Part shown: piece by piece, positions 12,358 to 26,555 of the stretch | Layout of the letters: the number at the start of each line of letters is the position of its first letter | Position numbering within the stretch: position 1 is the first letter of the stretch | Assembly: GCA_964016885.1 (NCBI GenBank) | Contig: OZ024746.1 | Location: 8,060,001-8,124,000 of the forward strand | DNA: 64,000 bases | Direction: 5' to 3' | From: Eledone cirrhosa | Lineage: Eukaryota | Position numbers and translations under genes: made by a program | The notes under the pieces: model-generated | Told to the model about the DNA's origin: nothing | What the model saw: the letters and a program-made list of their open reading frames with translations, nothing else | Databases searched by the model: none

Positions 12358-15300
12358 AAAAAGTACCCAGTCCAAAGTGTAAAGTGGTCAAGTGGGTGTC
12401 ACGACAAAAAGCATCCAATACACACTGTAAAGTGGTCATGTGGGTGTCACGACAAAAAGCATCCAATACACTCTGTAAAGTGGTCATGTGGGTGTCACAA
12501 CATATAGCATCCAATACACTCTGTAAAGTGGTCATGTAGGTGTCACAACATATAGCATCCAATACACTCTGTAAAGTGGTCATGTGGGTGTCACAACATA
12601 TAGCATCCAATACACACTGTAAAGTGGTCATGTGGGTGTCACAACATATAGCATCCAATACACTCTGTAAAGTGGTCATGTAGGTGTCACAACATATAGC
12701 ATCCAATACACTCTGTAAAGTGGTCATGTGGGTGTCACAACATATAGCATCCAATACACACTGTAAAGTGGTCATGTGGGTGTCACAACATATAGCATCC
12801 AATACACACTGTAAAGTGGTCATGTGGGTGTCACAACATATAGCATCCAATACACTCTGTAAAGTGGTCATGTGGGTGTCACAACATATAGCATCCAATA
12901 CACTCTGTAAAGTGGTCATGTGGGTGTCACAACATATAGCATCCAATACACACTGTAAAGTGGTCATGTAGGTGTCACAACATATAGCATCCAATACACT
13001 CTGTAAAGTGGTCATGTAGGTGTCACAACATATAGCATCCAATACACACTGTAAAGTGGTCATGTAGGTGTCACAACATATAGCATCCAATACACACTGT
13101 AAAGTGGTCATGTAGGTGTCACAACATATAGCATCCAATACACTCTGTAAAGTGGTCATGTGGGTGTCACAACATATAGCATCCAATACACACTGTAAAG
13201 TGGTCATGTGGGTGTCACAACATATAGCATCCAATACACTCTGTAAAGTGGTCATGTGGGTGTCACAACATATAGCATCCAATACACACTGTAAAGTGGT
13301 CATGTAGGTGTCACAACATATAGCATCCAATACACACTGTAAAGTGGTCATGTAGGTGTCACAACATATAGCATCCAATACACTCTGTAAAGTGGTCATG
13401 TGGGTGTCACAACATATAGCATCCAATACACACTGTAAAGTGGTCATGTAGGTGTCACAACATATAGCATCCAATACACACTGTAAAGTGGTCATGTGGG
13501 TGTCACAACATATAGCATCCAATACACACTGTAAAGTGGTCATGTAGGTGTCACAACATATAGCATCCAATACACTCTGTAAAGTGGTCATGTGGGTGTC
13601 ACAACATATAGCATCCAATACACTCTGTAAAGTGGTCATGTGGGTGTCACAACATATAGCATCCAATACACACTGTAAAGTGGTCATGTAGGTGTCACAA
13701 CATATAGCATCCAATACACTCTGTAAAGTGGTCATGTGGGTGTCACAACATATAGCATCCAATACACTCTGTAAAGTGGTCATGTGGGTGTCACAACATA
13801 TAGCATCCAATACACACTGTAAAGTGGTCATGTAGGTGTCACAACATATAGCATCCAATACACTCTGTAAAGTGGTCATGTGGGTGTCACAACATATAGC
13901 AACCAATACACACTGTAAAGTGGTCATGTAGGTGTCACAACATATAGCATCCAATACACTCTGTAAAGTGGTCATGTGGGTGTCACAACATATAGCATCC
14001 AATACACACTGTAAAGTGGTCATGTAGGTGTCACAACATATAGCATCCAATACACTCTGTAAAGTGGTCATGTGGGTGTCACAACATATAGCATCCAATA
14101 CACACTGTAAAGTGGTCATGTAGGTGTCACAACATATAGCATCCAATACACACTGTAAAGTGGTCATGTAGGTGTCACAACATATAGCATCCAATACACT
14201 CTGTAAAGTGGTCATGTGGGTGTCACAACATATAGCATCCAATACACTCTGTAAAGTGGTCATGTGGGTGTCACAACATATAGCATCCAATACACTCTGT
14301 AAAGTGGTCATGTAGGTGTCACAACATATAGCATCCAATACACTCTGTAAAGTGGTCATGTGGGTGTCACAACATATAGCATCCAATACACACTGTAAAG
14401 TGGTCATGTAGGTGTCACAACATATAGCATCCAATACACTCTGTAAAGTGGTCATGTGGGTGTCACAACATATAGCAACCAATACACACTGTAAAGTGGT
14501 CATGTAGGTGTCACAACATATAGCATCCAATACACACTGTAAAGTGGTCATGTAGGTGTCACAACATATAGCATCCAATACACACTGTAAAGTGGTCATG
14601 TAGGTGTCACAACATATAGCATCCAATACACACTGTAAAGTGGTCATGTGGGTGTCACAACATATAGCATCCAATACACTCTGTAAAGTGGTCATGTGGG
14701 TGTCACAACATATAGCATCCAATACACACTGTAAAGTGGTCATGTAGGTGTCACAACATATAGCATCCAATACACTCTGTAAAGTGGTCATGTGGGTGTC
14801 ACAACATATAGCATCCAATACACTCTGTAAAGTGGTCATGTGGGTGTCACAACATATAGCATCCAATACACACTGTAAAGTGGTCATGTAGGTGTCACAA
14901 CATATAGCATCCAATACACACTGTAAAGTGGTCATGTGGGTGTCACAACATATAGCATCCAATACACACTGTAAAGTGGTCATGTGGGTGTCACGACAAA
15001 AAGCATCCAATACACACTGTAAAGTGGTCATGTAGGTGTCACAACATATAGCATCCAATACACTCTGTAAAGTGGTCATGTGGGTGTCACAACATATAGC
15101 AACCAATACACACTGTAAAGTGGTCATGTGGGTGTCACGACAAAAAGCATCCAATACACACTGTAAAGTGGTCATGTAGGTGTCACAACATATAGCATCC
15201 AATACACTCTGTAAAGTGGTCATGTGGGTGTCACAACATATAGCAACCAATACACACTGTAAAGTGGTCATGTAGGTGTCACAACATATAGCATCCAATA

Positions 15301-18300
15301 CACACTGTAAAGTGGTCATGTAGGTGTCACAACATATAGCATCCAATACACTCTGTAAAGTGGTCATGTGGGTGTCACAACATATAGCATCCAATACACT
15401 CTGTAAAGTGGTCATGTGGGTGTCACAACATATAGCAACCAATACACACTGTAAAGTGGTCATGTAGGTGTCACAACATATAGCATCCAATACACACTGT
15501 AAAGTGGTCATGTAGGTGTCACAACATATAGCATCCAATACACTCTGTAAAGTGGTCATGTGGGTGTCACAACATATAGCATCCAATACACACTGTAAAG
15601 TGGTCATGTAGGTGTCACAACATATAGCATCCAATACACTCTGTAAAGTGGTCATGTGGGTGTCACAACATATAGCATCCAATACACTCTGTAAAGTGGT
15701 CATGTGGGTGTCACAACATATAGCATCCAATACACACTGTAAAGTGGTCATGTGGGTGTCACAACATATAGCATCCAATACACACTGTAAAGTGGTCATG
15801 TGGGTGTCACAACATATAGCATCCAATACACACTGTAAAGTGGTCATGTGGGTGTCACAACATATAGCATCCAATACACTCTGTAAAGTGGTCATGTGGG
15901 TGTCACAACATATAGCATCCAATACACACTGTAAAGTGGTCATGTGGGTGTCACAACATATAGCATCCAATACACACTGTAAAGTGGTCATGTGGGTGTC
16001 ACAACATATAGCATCCAATACACACTGTAAAGTGGTCATGTGGGTGTCACAACATATAGCATCCAATACACTCTGTAAAGTGGTCATGTGGGTGTCACAA
16101 CATATAGCATCCAATACACACTGTAAAGTGGTCATGTGGGTGTCACAACATATAGCATCCAATACACACTGTAAAGTGGTCATGTGGGTGTCACAACATA
16201 TAGCATCCAATACACACTGTAAAGTGGTCATGTGGGTGTCACAACATATAGCATCCAATACACTCTGTAAAGTGGTCATGTGGGTGTCACAACATATAGC
16301 ATCCAATACACACTGTAAAGTGGTCATGTGGGTGTCACAACATATAGCATCCAATACACACTGTAAAGTGGTCATGTGGGTGTCACAACATATAGCATCC
16401 AATACACTCTGTAAAGTGGTCATGTGGGTGTCACAACATATAGCATCCAATACACACTGTAAAGTGGTCATGTGGGTGTCACAACATATAGCATCCAATA
16501 CACTCTGTAAAGTGGTCATGTGGGTGTCACAACATATAGCATCCAATACACACTGTAAAGTGGTCATGTAGGTGTCACAACATATAGCATCCAATACACT
16601 CTGTAAAGTGGTCATGTGGGTGTCACAACATATAGCATCCAATACACACTGTAAAGTGGTCATGTGGGTGTCACGACAAAAAGCATCCAATACACTCTGT
16701 AAAGTGGTCATGTGGGTGTCACAACATATAGCATCCAATACACACTGTAAAGTGGTCATGTGGGTGTCACAACATATAGCATCCAATACACACTGTAAAG
16801 TGGTCATGTAGGTGTCACAACATATAGCATCCAATACACACTGTAAAGTGGTCATGTAGGTGTCACAACATATAGCATCCAATACACTCTGTAAAGTGGT
16901 CATGTGGGTGTCACAACATATAGCATCCAATACACTCTGTAAAGTGGTCATGTGGGTGTCACAACATATAGCATCCAATACACACTGTAAAGTGGTCATG
17001 TGGGTGTCACAACATATAGCATCCAATACACTCTGTAAAGTGGTCATGTGGGTGTCACAACATATAGCATCCAATACACACTGTAAAGTGGTCATGTAGG
17101 TGTCACAACATATAGCATCCAATACACTCTGTAAAGTGGTCATGTGGGTGTCACAACATATAGCATCCAATACACACTGTAAAGTGGTCATGTGGGTGTC
17201 ACAACATATAGCATCCAATACACACTGTAAAGTGGTCATGTGGGTGTCACAACATATAGCAACCAATACACACTGTAAAGTGGTCATGTGGGTGTCACAA
17301 CATATAGCATCCAATACACACTGTAAAGTGGTCATGTGGGTGTCACAACATATAGCATCCAATACACACTGTAAAGTGGTCATGTGGGTGTCACAACATA
17401 TAGCATCCAATACACACTGTAAAGTGGTCATGTAGGTGTCACAACATATAGCATCCAATACACACTGTAAAGTGGTCATGTGGGTGTCACAACATATAGC
17501 ATCCAATACACACTGTAAAGTGGTCATGTGGGTGTCACAACATATAGCATCCAATACACACTGTAAAGTGGTCATGTGGGTGTCACAACATATAGCATCC
17601 AATACACACTGTAAAGTGGTCATGTAGGTGTCACAACATATAGCATCCAATACACACTGTAAAGTGGTCATGTGGGTGTCACAACATATAGCATCCAATA
17701 CACACTGTAAAGTGGTCATGTGGGTGTCACAACATATAGCATCCAATACACACTGTAAAGTGGTCATGTGGGTGTCACAACATATAGCATCCAATACACA
17801 CTGTAAAGTGGTCATGTAGGTGTCACAACATATAGCATCCAATACACACTGTAAAGTGGTCATGTGGGTGTCACAACATATAGCATCCAATACACACTGT
17901 AAAGTGGTCATGTGGGTGTCACAACATATAGCATCCAATACACACTGTAAAGTGGTCATGTGGGTGTCACAACATATAGCATCCAATACACACTGTAAAG
18001 TGGTCATGTAGGTGTCACAACATATAGCATCCAATACACACTGTAAAGTGGTCATGTGGGTGTCACAACATATAGCATCCAATACACACTGTAAAGTGGT
18101 CATGTGGGTGTCACAACATATAGCATCCAATACACACTGTAAAGTGGTCATGTGGGTGTCACAACATATAGCATCCAATACACACTGTAAAGTGGTCATG
18201 TGGGTGTCACAACATATAGCAACCAATACACACTGTAAAGTGGTCATGTGGGTGTCACAACATATAGCATCCAATACACACTGTAAAGTGGTCATGTGGG

Positions 18301-18675
18301 TGTCACAACATATAGCATCCAATACACACTGTAAAGTGGTCATGTGGGTGTCACAACATATAGCATCCAATACACACTGTAAAGTGGTCATGTGGGTGTC
18401 ACGACAAAAAGCATCCAATACACTCTGTAAAGTGGTCATGTGGGTGTCACAACATATAGCATCCAATACACACTGTAAAGTGGTCATGTGGGTGTCACAA
18501 CATATAGCATCCAATACACACTGTAAAGTGGTCATGTGGGTGTCACGACAAAAAGCATCCAATACACTCTGTAAAGTGGTCATGTGGGTGTCACAACATA
18601 TAGCATCCAATACACACTGTAAAGTGGTCATGTGGGTGTCACGACAAAAAGCACTCAATACACACTGTAAATGTG
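12358..18675. repeat. 6.3-kb tandem array of a 48-bp unit (GTGTCACAACATATAGCATCCAATACAC[A/T]CTGTAAAGTGGTCATGT[G/A]G), about 131 copies
   Basis: Regular 48-bp period. The unit is homologous to a segment in the body of SINE copies at 36.7, 40.6 and 48.3 kb. Confidence 0.99.
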
Positions 18676-18830
18676 GTCGATGTTAGGAAGGGGTTCCTGA
18701 TGTAGAAATCAAGTCAGAATCAGTTCTGTATGAGCAGGACACAGTCATCTGATCTAGCTTGTCTCACAACGGGACAACTTGTCTAACCCATGCTAGCGTG
18801 GAAAATGGATGTTAAACAGTGATGATGATG
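18676..18830 (+). mobile_element. 3' half of the SINE whose internal unit is expanded into the 48-bp array
   Basis: GTTAGGAAGGG...GTAGAAATCAAG...GTCTAACCCATGCTAGCGTGGAAAATGGATGTTAAAC then a (GAT)n tail, continuous with the array. Confidence 0.85.
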
Positions 18831-19056
18831 TGTTCACAGTTCAAATTCCAAGGCTGACTATGCTTTTCATTTCCCTGGAATTCACAAGCTATTAAAATGA
18901 TTGAGCAAATTTTAAAAATTATTATAAATTCATAGCTTTTGAAGCAAATAGCACCTCTGCCATGTGTAAATGTGGAAAGTTTATCTACAGTTAAGAAGCT
19001 ATAATTTTCATGCAAAAGATATCAAATGAAAATCTATTACGTACAAAGAATATGTT

Positions 19057-19242
19057 ATAATTGTTTCTACTTTAGGCACAAGGCCAGCAATTATCCCAGT
19101 GTATTACTGGTACTTTATTTTATCGACCTTGTAAGGATGAAAGGCAAAGTTAACCTCGGCGGGATTTGAACTCAGACCATAAAGGGCCGTAACTCTTTGC
19201 TGCAAAGCATGGTGTCCGATCCTCTACCGATACTGCCAATCC
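19057..19242 (-). mobile_element. tRNA-derived Deu/Nin-like SINE
   Basis: Near-identical to 2003-2188. Confidence 0.85.
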
Positions 19243-19635
19243 ACAATGAAAATTGATGACTACTGACAATGTAGAATACATGTTATAGAATGTCAGGCGA
19301 AAACAACAGAAAACAAAGATTACAAGAAATCTATTTAGGTTTCACTCAACTGCATCATATTGGGGAAATTTCAAGAGATGTTAATATGACATGTGGTGCA
19401 ATTTAAGTGATATTCCACAAAAACAACTTGTTTGTCTGATCTGAGAGGCCTTGAAGCCAATTTAGGCATGTATCCAGAGAAAATATAAATTAAAAAGCAA
19501 GAGTCTGCAAAGACAATGTTTGGAATGTTGCTAGACTTTCCAGTTTTACTTTCTCAAATTTCTGAAGCTTCTGAAGACATTATTTTATGTTGAGAGCCAA
19601 TAGACATAATTACTTTCAATGGAGTGAAAATAAAA

Positions 19636-19861
19636 TTAACCCTTTAGCATTTACATTACTCTATATTTATTATATTTTCACGGTAAAAGCTTTAACATAC
19701 ATACTTATCTCTCATAATATCAAATCTATGAGATTTTGATGTTATTTATTTTGAGTACAATACCTTAACATCAGTATGAGCAGCCAGATACAGCCAGTTT
19801 TAACAGGAAGAGGTGAGAGAATTCTGGCTGGATATGGCCAGTTTAAATGCTAAAGGGTTAA
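19636..19861. mobile_element. piggyBac-type MITE, family A (inverted relative to 1224-1452)
   Basis: TTAACCCTTTAGCATT...AATGCTAAAGGGTTAA. Confidence 0.8.
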
Positions 19862-20482
19862 ACTTGACTTTTGACTGTATATTATTTGTTAGTTATTATT
19901 GTTTTACTTCAGGTCAGTCAAAGATATTCCAGTTGTGACCCTTTCATCATTTGTATACCTTTTATTTATACTGGCCATATCAGGCCAGAATTCTCTCACC
20001 TCTTTCTGTTCGAATCAGCCATAACTGGCCACTCATACTGAAGTTAAAGTATTGTTCTCAAAATAAATAACATCAAAATCTCGTAGATTTGATATGTGAA
20101 ATAAGTATATAAGATAAAGCCTTTACCACAAAAATACAGTAGTAAATATAGAGTAATGTAGATGGTAAAGGATTTAGATGATTTGGCCACTACTTCTTGT
20201 TAACGATGTATGGTTCAGTATAACTAATGAGTTATGACTGATGCCTTCCTTCTTCATGGTGATTAATATTGAAAATATTACCTCATCTATGTTAAGATTA
20301 ATTGCTTTCATTTCCACCCTTGAAAACTTTCTAATCAAATAATTTACTTGAAATCTGAATGCATAATTAAGTTTGTTTGTTTAGTTTTTTTCATAGATTT
20401 TAGATAGTCATGTAGTTGCAAGCACAGACACAGATGCTCTATTGACCTCTCAACCATTGACCGAGTGGAACATCCAAGATGT

Positions 20483-20541
<59 letters not shown>

Positions 20542-22449
20542 TAGTGGGCTGGCACTTTCTTTATCAAGTTGGAAAGATGAAAAGGCAAGATGAAAAGCAA
20601 AGCTGATCATGGCATGATTTGAGTGTAGAGAACCAGAACAAATGCATTCAACCAGACGCTCTAATGACCAATTAACCACAATAATACATGTAAAATGTTG
20701 ATGAAATATTATCAATAAAGTCATTGTTTATTTTCGTGACAAACTGACTCTAGACAGTAATGGCTACCACATTCATATGTATATTGCTCTAGTTAACGTT
20801 CTTCTGTATTTTTCCTATTGAATAATGCACTGCTTGACTCTCAACATCTTGTCCTACATGAAATTTTATAAGCAAAACAAAGTATAAATCAGCACTATGA
20901 CTATCATCATCACCGTCATCGATTAACGTCCATCTTCCACACTAGCATGGATTAGACAAAGTTTTTACTTTAGCTTATTGTAAATTTTCACAACAATCTG
21001 TCCACTAGAAAAGATACTATAAGCATTAAAATTAACAAATCTGTTTTTAGATATTTTCTGCTAAATCATTACAGGGTGATAAGAGTTAATTAATTTGTAA
21101 AATATCACCTGCACCCCCTCTCATTTTTACACACACCCCCACTCGCATCAATGCCTCCCCAGCCTGACGACGGTAACATTGAGCACCCTAGAGTTGTAAT
21201 GAGGTAGTGCTGGTGCCAGAGAAAATGCACCCAGCCCACTCAGTAAAGTGGTATTGCTGGTGCCTTGATGGAAAACAATTAGTCTGCATTGTAAGGTAGT
21301 ACTGCTGGTGCCACAACAAAACAGCAGCCAATCCACCGTGTCAGGTGGTAGTACCAGAGTCATAAGATGCTTTCAATACATGCTGTAAATTGGTTGGCAT
21401 TAGAAAGGGCATCCAGTCCTAGGAACGAAACCAAAACCAGAGTGTACAAGCCAAGATGTGGTCACCTGACCAGTATAGTATCAGTACATGACAACCCATC
21501 TAATCCATGCATGGGTGATGGTGATGATGATGACAACGATGATGATGATATAATTTAACAAAAGTTCAAGCATACACACACATTTCTATATGATTTTAAA
21601 GTGCAGAAACCTGAAACTATTTCATACATTCTTGTAGGAGTGTGTGGAGTAACTTTTATAGATAAGTACATTAAAGCCATAGATTCTTTAAGCGGCCATA
21701 TCCGGCCAGAATTCTCTCACCTCTTTCTGTTCAAACTGGCCACTCATACTTATGTTAAGGTATTGTTCTCAAAATAAATAATATATCAAAATCTCATAGA
21801 TTCAATATTATGTGAGATAATTATGTAAGATAAAGCCTTTACCACAAAAATACAATAGTAAATATAGAGTAATGTAAATGCTAAAGGGTTAAACAAACTT
21901 CAGTTGATGTTAACAATTAACTTAAACTAAATTTGAATTCTACTGTCTCCAATGCCAAGAAGAATCTATCAGTATGCTATATTAGATGAGAAAAGCACGA
22001 GATAGGGTATACAGTGGCTACAGTGGAAGGACTGGAAGACTTTGGACATTTTAGATAGCCCTAAGACTACTTTGAAAACACTCATTACTGTAGAACAAAG
22101 GCATTATGATTTAATAACGATTTTCTCATTTTCTCGCTAATTTTTATTTGACATAATATTTGTTGTTTTAGTTTTTGCTGTTTACAATCATACAGAATTT
22201 ATGTTAATTTCTAGATGATAAAATGTTAAACAAATATCTCATAGATTTTTTGAAGTTGTGTTGATTGATGACCACAGAGATTAACTCAACCTAAAACCAC
22301 ATTGATTGAATTCTGATTGGATCTAAAGCACCAACCACTATGCAGCTTTTGTAAAGCCAGGTCTACTCTTCCATAACATTTAGCAGTGGGCTCCTGCTGT
22401 TGAGAAATTTGATGAAAACAGTGTTGTTGCATGTGACTTCAGCAGCAGA

Positions 22450-22865
22450 AGATACTCCATTCACCTATAACTACTAACTTTCTATAAAACTCAGGTGAGA
22501 CAAATACAACACAGCTCCCACATCTGGAATGGTGTCACTGCTATGACACAAACATCCTAGATCACTGCCTAAGAAAAGGCATCTGTTTATTTGGCATCAA
22601 GGCACTCACCTACACATTTCAACCTCCGATCCAGACATTTTGTCTCCTCTTTCTGCCTTTTCTACCTTAAGAGAGCAGGCTGGCTGGCTGGTCTCATGCT
22701 ACCTCTACACACGATTCACTCATCTATCCCCTCCCACCAGACACTGCTCAGCCACTATATCCAATCTTTCCTCCTAAAACATCAGCCCTCAGGAATCCCA
22801 CTCTATACGTGTTTTCCTTGCAATTGTTGACCTGTAGCTGTTGAAGAGGAATAATAACTATTTCA
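22450..22865 (+). mobile_element. Degenerate LINE ORF2 C-terminal fragment (CR1/Jockey-group like)
   Basis: Frameshifted motifs YKTQVR, SSHIW, RHFVSSFCLFY and SHYIQSFL resemble a post-RT LINE region. Confidence 0.55.
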
Positions 22866-23160
22866 GTCTCATCAGACTTTCTCCAGAGAAATCCATTGTA
22901 CCGATTCTAGATGAAATAAAGAATACCCAATACCCACCTTAGTTGGTGCAATTTCATTTTTTGAAGAACTTCACTTTGAAGGTATTTCTAAAATATGACA
23001 ATATCATTTTGAACATTTGTGTAATTCTTCATGTATGTTGCTATTGCCTCTCAAAAAAACCTAAGCTTCATGATATTTGCAAAATATGTTACTTAATGTA
23101 GATTATCAAGAACTATTTTAGAATATTCTTTTAATCAACTATTTGCAATTTTGTTTACAT

Positions 23161-23238
23161 AGGCAAACTTCATGCAGCTAGGTAAACTTCATGTAGCTAG
23201 GTAAACTTCATGTAGCTAGGTAAACTTCATGTAGCTAG
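23161..23238. repeat. 19-bp tandem repeat x4 (AGGTAAACTTCATGTAGCT)
   Basis: Read directly. Confidence 0.95.
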
Positions 23239-23508
23239 AAGTCAGCTGCTTTCTGTAGTCCCCAAATTCACAACATTTATATTTATCATTTTTTTTTTTG
23301 TATGTGAATGTGCAAGAATCAAGACAGAAAAAGAAAATAGGGAAATCATCAGCCTCCTACACTTTCTAAAATATTACACACCAATTAACTGGCTAGTTAT
23401 GGGAAAAAACTCCCAATAAATAATCAAAGAAAAAACAGTAATATGTGTGTGTGTATATATATATATGATGTGTAACCCTTGTTAGTAGGCCCACCACTTC
23501 CACCATTA

Positions 23509-23575
<67 letters not shown>

Positions 23576-23910
23576 TGTCAGCAACACTACTTCCTTTACT
23601 ACAGCTAATTGGCTACAACATCCAGCCTGGCTCTCTAATACACTATATGCCAAGTTCCATGCCAAAATAACATAACCTTTTTTTGGCAAGGTCAGCGGTG
23701 ACAAATTACTTTCCTGGCTGACTCATTTTCACTGTAATTTAAGGTGTCACCTTATTCTTATGTATTCTACTGACATGTGTGTGTATATATTTTCCGGGGG
23801 GGGGGGGGGGGGGGAGTATCCATGAGGCTTATCCTCCACCCACCAGCTAATTATTCTAACCCAGAAAGGAAGTATCAATTAAAATAAATTATTCACAAGG
23901 CCTACTTAAG

Positions 23911-23953
<43 letters not shown>

Positions 23954-26194
23954 CCACTTTTTCTATGCTTACATGAGTTAGCAGAGACTCTTTGAGCAAG
24001 TTTTTTTCTGTAGCTGACTGTCCTTCCTGACCACAGCCTATATTTCAGTTTAAATATGTTATACAAAGCTGTCATTCCTCTAACTGCTTCACTGCAGGTC
24101 CTATTGTTTATGGTAGACATGAACAAACTTTATTGCTTGCTTTTTTTAAAGGTGTCAATATGAATACATTCACAACTGCTGGCACCTGACACCAACATGC
24201 ATGTGCATTTGCAAACACCCCCATATATATAAAGTAAACATGGTTGTATGGTTAAGAAGTTCATTTCCTAACCACACACTTTCTGTCAGTGTTTTCTACT
24301 ATAGCCTTAGGCTTACCAATGTCTTGCGAGTGAAGACAGCGAGGCGTGGGTTTTGAATGCAGAAGGTTTGCAGCTGTTAAAAAGAAATGAGGCATGCATG
24401 CTTTGCTGGAAATGCAATGCCAAGGTGCGTGAATGACAGGGCATGAACTGAGAGAAAAGCTAAATTTTAGAGGAAATGTAAAGTCTGCCAGAGAGATGAT
24501 TGTGCTGGTATGGGTATGACATGTAAAGAGTGCAAGATTTGAAAAGAAAAAGTGTTGAGTTCTTGAGGTGGATAGAACCTGTGAATGAGGGAAACTAACA
24601 AAGACTTGGGACTAAGTTTGGAAATATGACTTTAAGAAGCTAAACCCCATGGTGGAAATTAAGAACCGAGTTGACTGGCAATATGCAATAATGCAAAAGA
24701 CCCATCCACCAATACAAGTACTGCGACACTAAAAGCGAACATGGTGAGAGACCAGAGGCTACATTGTTTGACAACCTTTCTAGTGCTGATACCACAATAA
24801 AATGTACTCAGTACACCATGTAAAGTGGTTAGTGGTTAGTGTTAGGAAGCTCATTAGAAAACTATAGCTTCTTGGAATTAGTTAAAAACTCAGTGCAAGT
24901 GAAACATTTGGATTCCATGTTGTAGATCTCACTGGTTCACTTATGCATTTAATGATTAAATGGCCAGGATAAGATTGGGTATCTATTGCATTATTAGTCA
25001 TTCCTTAGGCACCCTATTGGATTTTAAAATATCTTACTACTAACCAATTAATTGATAAACCAAAATACTTGGACTGAAAAATGTGTGCATATGTGCATTG
25101 ATTTTCTCTCTCTTTCCCTCACTGCCTCTGTCTCCCCATCTCCCACTATTATATGCAAATGGTAGCCCATGTGCTGGCTGCCCCTGCGGTCCCGGCAGAC
25201 AGAATAGAGAAGACAGCATATAACATATCATGAACAAATCAGCTTGTCAGAGCCCATCTTTCTCCAATCTATACTCCCAGAAGGTAATCTCAGTAATGCC
25301 AGCTAATGGACAATTATTCAATTCTATAACATTGTTTCTGGTAACAAGTTGTTCCGGCCCAGTGTGTTACTTTTTTTTTTTTTCAGCTTCATGGCGACAA
25401 CTCAGCGCGAGTGACAGGATGGTAACTGCTGAACTTCCTGTTGGGTTTCTACAAACCTGTCTACTCAGTCACATATGATCTTAATTTCTCTTATTTGCTT
25501 TAGATATATAAGTAACTTAACCAGTTAGCAAAATATCCACACCTTTCCTCAAATATTTGCCTGCTCTCACAAATGTTCTTGGTGGCAATATTAGATAGAA
25601 AGCAATCTCCCCACCAATAGAAACTATACAGGTGTCATATGAAAGTCAATCAAGAGATAAGGTGTCAATAATATTCAACAAACTACTGTACATGATCATA
25701 GATAAGTCGCACTTTCTTTATTAAAAAAAATACGACTTATCTATTGAACCTTGCTCTACGCTTAAAACACATAACACTATCATAGACACACATAACACTA
25801 ACACACACACAGCACTAACACACACATACAACACTAACACACACATATGTACGCACACATGCACTAACATACACACACAGCACCCACACAAATTGTAGAG
25901 CAGGTTGGTCATGTCAATATTTACTCTGTATGAAATATTGCTGTAAACAAATATATTTTGATAACATTTCGTGTGAAAACAAAAATTACTTCCATGTGTG
26001 TGAAACATGCATAGAATTCTCTTGACCAGCTGTAATCAGCCATTAGATGCTATATTGCCAGTCAATTAGTGCTGGTGATTTCAGAGAAACACTTAGTCTG
26101 TTTGTTTTGGGGTATAAAAACACACATTGCTGTGATATCTAGGATTCTGGGCTTTGCTAAACTCTTATGACTGCCATTATTTTAGTGGCAGAAA

Positions 26195-26555
26195 GGGCGG
26201 TGAATTGGCAGTATTGGTAGAGGGTTGGACGCCATGCTTTCTAGCATAGTTACGTCCCTGAGTTCAAATCCCGTTGAAGTTAACTTTGCCTTTCACTAGG
26301 CACTGGGTAATTGCTGGCCTTGTGCCAAAAGTAGAAACAATTATTTTAGCTAAAATGGCAGTGGATTGGCAGTATCGGTAGAGGGTCAGACACCATGCTT
26401 TGACGCATAGAGTTAAGGCCCTTGCCATTCTGAGTTCAAATCTCGCCAAAGTTAACTTTGCCTTTCATCCTTATGGGGTCGATAAAATAAAGTACCAGTA
26501 AGGCGCTGGGATAATTGCTGGTCTTGTGCAAAAAGTAGAAACAATTATTATTATT
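26195..26555 (+). mobile_element. Two tandem Deu/Nin-like tRNA SINEs (the first internally deleted)
   Basis: A and B boxes and tail in both copies; core complete in the second. Confidence 0.85.

Noticed and set aside
12302-18658. 2118-aa ORF as a real metallothionein-like or structural protein gene
   Set aside because: It is a pure 48-bp SINE-derived tandem array with a TTG start and no unique domains. The homologous array at 45 kb is frameshifted.
12358-18675. CRISPR array (also considered for 2360-3228, 5999-6690, 46409-46866 and 49955-50510)
   Set aside because: Units are head-to-tail with no unique spacers, there are no cas genes, and the context is eukaryotic.
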